DNA from: an uncultured bacterium
Lineage (GTDB): Bacteria > Acidobacteriota > HRBIN11 > JAKEFK01
NCBI GenBank assembly: GCA_963777505.1
Contig: CAVZQN010000008.1
Location: 507,679 to 571,678 of the forward strand
Reading direction: 5' to 3'
DNA: 64,000 nucleotides
Each line of letters opens with the position of its first letter. The first letter of the stretch is position 1. Shown here in pieces: positions 57,555 to 64,000 of this stretch. The notes below the pieces were generated by a model. That model made no database searches and was not told the origin of the DNA. It saw nothing but the letters and a program-made list of their open reading frames with translations. The translations under genes were made by a program, and so were the position numbers.

Positions 57555-59077
57555 TCAATTCCACTTCGCCAGGAAGAACCGCGGCAGTTCGTCCGCGTAG
57601 GGCGTGAAGTTGAGCTGCTTCGAGAAGGCGTAGGTCGATACGTAGGTGTGCATCGGCACCCAGTAGGCCTGCTCGATGATGCGCTTGATCGCCTTCGAGT
57701 AGGCGATGCCGCGGATCTCCTTTTCGTTGGTCGAGCCGCCTTCCTCGATCCACTGCTTCACCGACGGATCGCGCGCGTAGTCCTGGTTCCCGTGGACGAA
57801 ATACTGGGGCAGGATCGCCGCCACGTCGTTGATCGAGTAGCTGCCCCAGCTGCCGAGATAGAGCGGCACCTCACCTTGCTCCGAGCGCTGGGTGCCGGCG
57901 GCCACCTGCACACGGGTGAGCCTTGCCCTGATGCCGACGGCCTGCAGATAGCTCTGGATCGAGGCTTCCCACTGCGGAAGGATGTAGCTGACGAGTTCGG
58001 TGTCGAAGCCGTTGGGGTAGCCGGCTTCCGCCAGCAGCGCCTTGGCCTTGGCCGGATCGTAGTCGTACTTGACGGCCGCATCGGCGTCGCAGCCGAACTG
58101 CGACGGATAGCAGGGCGCCAGCGGCACGCGGCTGCCGCCGGTGACGAGCTTGTCGGCGATCGTCTGCCGGTCGATGGCATGGAAGATGGCCTGCCGCACC
58201 TTCAGCTTGGTCAACGGGTTGTCCGCGCCGGTGCGGCCGGCCGCGTCGATCTGCAGGTAGCCGATCCGCATCGATTCCTTGCGTGTCGTCTGCAGGAACG
58301 GGATCTTGTCGATGTTGGCCATCTGGTCCGGATTGACATTCCAGATCCAGTCCACCTTCTGCGCCAGCAGCTCGGTCAATTCGGTTGCGGCTTCGCCCAG
58401 ATGGCGCGTGGTGATCTTCTTGATCGCGGGCTTGCCCTTGGGACCGTCGTAATAGTCGTCGAACCGCTCGAACTCGACGGACACCGACGGCTCGTGCTTG
58501 GTGACCTTGTAGGGGCCGGCGCCGACCGGGAGCCTTCGCATAGCCGTCGGCCCCGACCCTCTCGCGATAGGCCTTCGGCCAGATCGGCACCACCAGTGCG
58601 AAGAATTCCAGCGCTGCCGGGGTCGGCATCTTCATCTTGACGCGGACCGAATAGTCGCCGGTCTTCTCGGCCTTTTCGATCCAGCTGTAGTTCGACGGCG
58701 TCGAGACCTTGCTGTCGGGGCTGGAGACGGTGTTGATGGTGTAGACGACGTCATCTGCGCTGAACGCGCTGCCGTCATGAAACTTCACGCCCTGGCGCAG
58801 CGTGAAGTCGATCGTCAGGGGGTCGACGAGCTTCCACTCCGTCGCCAGCAGCGGCTTGATTTCGAAGTGTTGCAGGCTCGCGATAGACCAGCATGTCCTG
58901 ATAGGTGTGCGACAGGATCAGGCCGGTGCGCTGGCTGTTGTAGTAGGGATCGATGTTCGGCACCGAGTCGCGGAACGCGAGCCGCAGCGTGTCGGCGGAT
59001 TTTTGCGCCGCCGCCGGCAGCGGCGCGACCAGTACAGCGACAAGCGCTGCAGCAGCTGCAATCTTAAGCTTGCGCAT
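57555..59077 (-). CDS. ABC transporter substrate-binding protein, family 5 (DppA-like; frameshifted)
   Basis: Signal peptide, KFHDGSAFSADDVVYT, PVGAGPYK and VRQAIFHAIDR. Confidence 0.9.
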
Positions 59078-60066
59078 ATTGACCTCCAACAAGTTGCAAG
59101 GGGTTTTCTTCTTTTGCCAGATGGCACTCTACCATTCTGCCGTCGCCGAACGCAGGCTTTGGCGGATCGTGGTGGCAGCGTTCGACTGCGACACGGCAGC
59201 GCGGATGGAAACGGCAGCCGGGCGGGATGTTCGACGGGTCCGGAATGGTGTCGCCGAGGCCGACATCGGGAACGCCGAGATCCGGGCTCTGGCGTCAGCA
59301 CGCTGTCCAGCAGCGCGCGCGTGTAGGGATGGCGCGGCGTACGGAACAGGGCGTCGGTCTCGTTCATCTCGACGATGCGGCCGAGATACATCACGGCAAC
59401 GGTGCTTGCCACATGCTCGACCACGGCGAGGTTGTGGCTGATGAAGATGTAGGTGAGGTTGAAGTCGCGCCTGAGCTCGGACAGCAGGTTGAGGATCTGC
59501 GCCTGCACGGAGACATCGAGCGCGCTGGTCGGTTCGTCGCAGACGACGACCTTCGGCTTGATGACGAGCGCGCGGGCAATCGCCACCCGCTGGCGCTGTC
59601 CGCCCGAAAGCTGTGACGGGAGGCGGTCGGCCATCGCCCGGGAAATGCCGACGCGGTCGAGCACGTCGCTGGTCAGCTTCGCGATCTCGTCGCGCCTGAA
59701 CGAGCCTTGCGCCACCAGCGGCAGGGCGACGATCTCCTGGATGGTCTGGCGCGGATTGAGCGAGGAGAACGGGTCCTGGAACACCGGCTGGATCAGTCTT
59801 GCGCGCGCCTTGCGATCGAGCGCGAACAGGCGCTCGCCGTGCACCAGCGCATCGCCCGCGGTCGGATTCAGAAGGCCGAGGATCTGCCGCGCCAGCGTGG
59901 ACTTGCCGCATCCGGATTCGCCGACGATGCCGAGCACGCTGCCTTCGGGCACCGCAAACGACACATCGTCCACCGCCACCACATGGCGCGTGGCGCCGAA
60001 CATGCCGCCTGAGACCTTGAACACCTGGCGGATGTTGCGAACCTCGATGGCGGGCTGGGCGGTCAC
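59064..60066 (-). CDS. peptide ABC transporter ATP-binding protein (DppF-like; frameshifted near 3' end)
   Basis: [26 protein letters not shown] and HPYTRAL. Confidence 0.9.
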
Positions 60067-61050
60067 GCGCTGGCGAGCTCCTTGCGCGATGTCGGCGGCA
60101 GTCGGCAGAGATAGGTGTGGCCGGACGCGGCCGTCTGGTCCGGGATCAGCCCGGCGCAGCCGTCGTCGGCGAACGAGCAGCGCGAGCGAAAGGCGCAGCC
60201 GGCAAAACCGGGCGAGATTTGCGGCACGACACCCGGAATGCTGCCGAGCGGCTTGTCGCGCTGCGACTTGCCGGGCACCGGGATGCATGCGAGCAGCCCG
60301 CGCGTGTAAGGATGCTGGGGAGCCGCGAACAACTGCCGCGCTGTCGCGTGCTCCACCACCTCGCCGGCATACATCACCGAGACGCTGTCGGCGACGCGGG
60401 CGACGACGCCGAGATCGTGGGTGATCAAAAGGATGGAGAGGCCGAACTCCTGCTTCAGCCCGTTCAGCAGCCGCAGGATTTGCGCCTGCACGGTGACGTC
60501 GAGCGCGGTGGTCGGCTCGTCGGCGATCAGCAGCTGCGGATTGCACATCAGCGCCATGGCGATCATCACCCGCTGGCGCAAGCCCCCCGAGAGCTGATGC
60601 GGAAACTGACCCATTCGCATTCCGGGCGCGGTGATGCCGACGCGGCCCATCAGTTCGACCGCGCGATCCACCGCCTCGCTCTGCGGCGCGCGCTTGTGAC
60701 GGCGGTAGGACTCCGTCAGCTGCGAACCGATGGTGTAGGCCGGGTTGAGGCTGGTCATCGGCTCCTGGAAGATCATCGCCATGCGGTTGCCGCGCAGGTG
60801 CGCCATCTTCTTCTCCGGCATCGCCAGCAGGTCTTCGCCGGCAAACGACAGGCGCTTCGCGGTCCGTTTTCCGGCGCTGACCAGCAGGTTCATCACTGCG
60901 AGCGCGCTGACCGACTTGCCGCAGCCGGATTCGCCGACGATGCAGTGGGTCTCGCCGCGGCCGATCCGGAACGAGGCATCGCGCACCGCCGCCGTTCGCC
61001 CGCCGAAGGTGACCGACATGTTCTCGAACGTCGAGCAGCGCCTCGCTCAT
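60063..61050 (-). CDS. peptide ABC transporter ATP-binding protein (DppD-like)
   Basis: [35 protein letters not shown] and C..RC. Confidence 0.92.
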
Positions 61051-61922
61051 CGGGCCTGCTCCGCGCCGAGCAGGCTGCGCAGGCCGTCGCCGACGAAATT
61101 GACGCCCATCACGAAGATGAACAGCGTCACGCCCGGAATCATGATCACCCAGGGCGAGAAGAACATGTAGTCCCTGCCCTCGGCGATCATCAGTCCCCAT
61201 GACGGCAGCGGCGCCGGCACGCCGAGGCCGAGGAACGACAGCGCCGCTTCCAGCAGGATCGCCAGCGCGATCTCCAGCGTCGCGACGACGGCGAGATGCG
61301 GCGCGATGTTCGGCAGGATCTCCCTGAACAGCAGCCGCGGTGTCGACGAGCCGGCGCAGACCGCAGCGCTCACATAGTCGAGGCTGCGCACCTGCATGGT
61401 GGTCGAACGCGCCACCACGGCGAAGCGGTCCCAGAGCAGCAGTCCGAGCGTCGAGAGGACCAGGGTCAGGCTCGAGCCGAGCAGGCCGACCACGGAAAGC
61501 GCCACCAGCGTGACCGGAATCGACAGGCGGCAGGTGATCAGGAACATCACCACGTCATCGACGACGCCGCCGAAGTAGCCGCCCATCGTGCCGATCGTGA
61601 TGCCGATCACGCCGGAGACGATCATCGTCGTCAGCCCGATCAGCAGCGAGATGCGGGCGCCGTAGACGAGACGCGCGAGGTAGTCGCGGCCGAGCTGGTC
61701 GGTGCCGAGCAGGTGGCTGGCCTGGGTGCCCTCCATCCAGAACGGCGGCACCAGGCGGTTGTTGAGATTCTGCACGAACGGATCGTGCGGGATCAGCGCA
61801 TTGCCGAACAGCGCTGCGAACACCACGATGCCGCAGATCACGACGCCGAACAGAAAGCCGACGTTGCGGATGCGCAGCGTCCAGGCTCTCGCCGCAGGGG
61901 GTGTCGAGATCGCGATGCTCAT
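61047..61922 (-). CDS. peptide ABC transporter permease (DppC-like)
   Basis: HLLGTDQLGRD, YGARISL and EAALSFLGLG..PSWG. Confidence 0.92.
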   Translation of the reverse strand: MSIAISTPPAARAWTLRIRNVGFLFGVVICGIVVFAALFGNALIPHDPFVQNLNNRLVPPFWMEGTQASHLLGTDQLGRDYLARLVYGARISLLIGLTTMIVSGVIGITIGTMGGYFGGVVDDVVMFLITCRLSIPVTLVALSVVGLLGSSLTLVLSTLGLLLWDRFAVVARSTTMQVRSLDYVSAAVCAGSSTPRLLFREILPNIAPHLAVVATLEIALAILLEAALSFLGLGVPAPLPSWGLMIAEGRDYMFFSPWVIMIPGVTLFIFVMGVNFVGDGLRSLLGAEQAR

Positions 61923-62848
61923 GTTGACCGGATCCTCGGATCGAGCAGCGCGTTGAGGATGTCGGCCAGCATGGTCAGGACGATGTAGATGACCGCAAAG
62001 ACCAGGACCACGCCCTGAACCACCGGGAAGTCGTTCTTGGTGATGCTCTCCCAGCCGAGGAAGCCGACGCCGTGCAGGGCAAACACGGTCTCGACCACGA
62101 TCGATCCGCCGAGCAGGAAGCCGAGTTGAACGGCCGCGATCGACACCACCGGGATCGCCGCATTCCTCAGCGCATGCTTGAAGATGATGCTCGCGCGTGA
62201 AAGGCCCTTGGCCCGTGCCGTGCGGATGTAGTCCGACGAGATCGCCTCGATCATGCCCGAGCGGGTCAGGCGGGTCAGCGCAGGGATCGCGGTCAGGGCA
62301 AGCACGATGCCCGGCATGACGAAGTGCTGCCACGATCCCGTCCCCGAGATCGGCAGCCAGCCGAGCGTCAGGCCGAGCGTGATCATCAGGATCAGGCCGA
62401 ACCAGAAGCTCGGCATCGCCTGGCCCACCATGGTGACGATCGTCACCGCGCGATCGATCCAGGTGCCTTCGCGCAAGGCCGCAAGCGTGCCGAGCGGGAT
62501 CGAGATCATGAGCGCAAGGCCGAGGCCGACCAGGCCGAGAGTCATGGTGATCGGCATGCGCTGGAGGATCAGATTGGACACGCGGTCCTTGAAGAAGAAG
62601 CTGTCACCGAGGTCGCCGACAACCGCGCGGCCCATCCAGTTCACGAACTGGACCACCACCGGCCGGTCGAGGCCGTAGGCCTTGCGGATGATCTCGATGT
62701 CCTGCTGCGTGGCGCTTGGCCCGGCGATCGAGATGGCGAGGTCGCCCGACAGGCGCGTCAGCATGAAGGCAAGCGTCATCACCGTGAATGCGACCAGCAC
62801 ACCAAGAGCGGCACGACGCAGAATGAAGCGGACCATGGTCGGTGGCAT
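61919..62848 (-). CDS. peptide ABC transporter permease (DppB-like)
   Basis: YGLDRP, GDLGDS, DYIRTARAKGL, HALRNA and VETVF. Confidence 0.92.
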   Translation of the reverse strand: MPPTMVRFILRRAALGVLVAFTVMTLAFMLTRLSGDLAISIAGPSATQQDIEIIRKAYGLDRPVVVQFVNWMGRAVVGDLGDSFFFKDRVSNLILQRMPITMTLGLVGLGLALMISIPLGTLAALREGTWIDRAVTIVTMVGQAMPSFWFGLILMITLGLTLGWLPISGTGSWQHFVMPGIVLALTAIPALTRLTRSGMIEAISSDYIRTARAKGLSRASIIFKHALRNAAIPVVSIAAVQLGFLLGGSIVVETVFALHGVGFLGWESITKNDFPVVQGVVLVFAVIYIVLTMLADILNALLDPRIRST

Positions 62849-63007
62849 TCCCCAGCGGGAGGACAGCGGATCGTGTCACCAAGCATCAGAGCCTTGCAAC
62901 AGCGGACGTCCGCGGCAGTTTGCCGAGCGGTTGCGGCATTCGCTTGACTGTTTTCGGGGCAGGAACAGTCCGGCTATACTCGGGAAAAAACCGGATATGG
63001 ACCGATT

Positions 63008-64000
63008 GTGACCTCGCCCAGATTGACCCCCACCGACCACGTTCCCGACCTGCAGGCGTCGATCGTCATCCCGACGCTGTCCCATGCGGTGCAGGTGTCG
63101 CGCGATCCCTGGGGCATCCCGCATATCCGTGCGAGGTCGATGCCGGACGCCTTCTCCGCACTGGGCTTTGTTCATGCGCAGGACCGGCTCTGGCAAATGG
63201 AGGCGCTGCTCAGGCGGGGCATTGGCCGCTACGCGGAGTGGGTCGGCAAGTCGGCCGTGCCGGCCGATACGCTGGCGCGGCGCATGGATACCGCGGGCGC
63301 ATCCATCCGTGACTTTGCGGTACTCGGGCAGCGAGAGCCGGGACATGCTCGAAGCCTATGCCCGCGGTGTGAATGCATTCATTGCCGCGCGCAAATGGCC
63401 GCTGGAGTACTCAATCCTTCAGACGCAGCCCATCGCAGTGGGAGCCTTGGCATGCGATCGCGGTCATGCGTCAGATCGGTTTCCTGATGGGCTCGGTGTG
63501 GTGGAAGCTCTGGCGTGCTGCAGCATTGCCGATTGTCGGCCCGGAAGCGGTGTCGAAACTGCGCTTCGATGATGGTGGCGACGATCTGTGCTGCATTCCG
63601 CCTGGTGGCGCAGGACAGCGCTACCTGGCTGCATTCGGCGATCTCCGCCCGGCGGTCGAGGCGCTGCTCGGGGCACAGCCGGCGCTCGAGATCGGCGGCG
63701 GAAGCAACAACTGGGCGCTTTCGCCGGAGCGAACGGCGACGGGCCGGCCGCTGCTCGCAGGCGATCCGCATCGCGTGCTCGAGATGCCGAACATGTACTA
63801 CCAGACGCATCTCGCCTGCGACGACTTCGACGTGATCGGGCTGACGGTGCCGGGCGTTCCGGGATTTCCGCACTATGGTCACAACAAGCACGTTGCCTGG
63901 TGCGTGACCCACGCGTTCATGGACATCCACGATCTGTTCGTCGAACAACTCGACGACGGGCGGACCCGCTGTCCGCACCAAAGCCGGATGGGAGCCGACC
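63008..64000 (+). CDS. penicillin acylase family (Ntn hydrolase), partial and frameshifted
   Basis: RDPWGIPHI, GFVHAQDRLWQM and GSNNWA...AGDPH. Runs off the window. Confidence 0.88.

Overview
GC-rich chromosomal segment, most consistent with a Hyphomicrobiales alphaproteobacterium (inferred from gene families and CGTC-type REP repeats). It carries about 60 mostly metabolic, transport and regulatory genes. I found no rRNA, tRNA, CRISPR array, transposase or prophage. Roughly 40 genes are split by 1-bp frameshifts with codon usage intact on both sides, which looks like long-read assembly error rather than gene decay, so genes were reconstructed across frames and their coordinates are approximate. 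The most interesting items are: (1) a LysR-controlled orphan catabolic operon with an FAD oxidoreductase, a split aconitase X, an ABC importer and a motif-divergent IlvD/Edd dehydratase, preceded by twin LysR boxes; (2) a leaderless, Cys-free avidin/streptavidin-fold protein with a remodelled biotin pocket; (3) a probable operon of three exported proteins, a Tat zinc deaminase, an ankyrin protein and a Bug/TctC binding protein; (4) an OMP-barrel/omptin fusion retaining omptin-like catalytic residues; (5) several tiny genes missing from the ORF track, including a 38-aa lipoprotein; (6) a GT2-methyltransferase-GT-C surface modification cassette.
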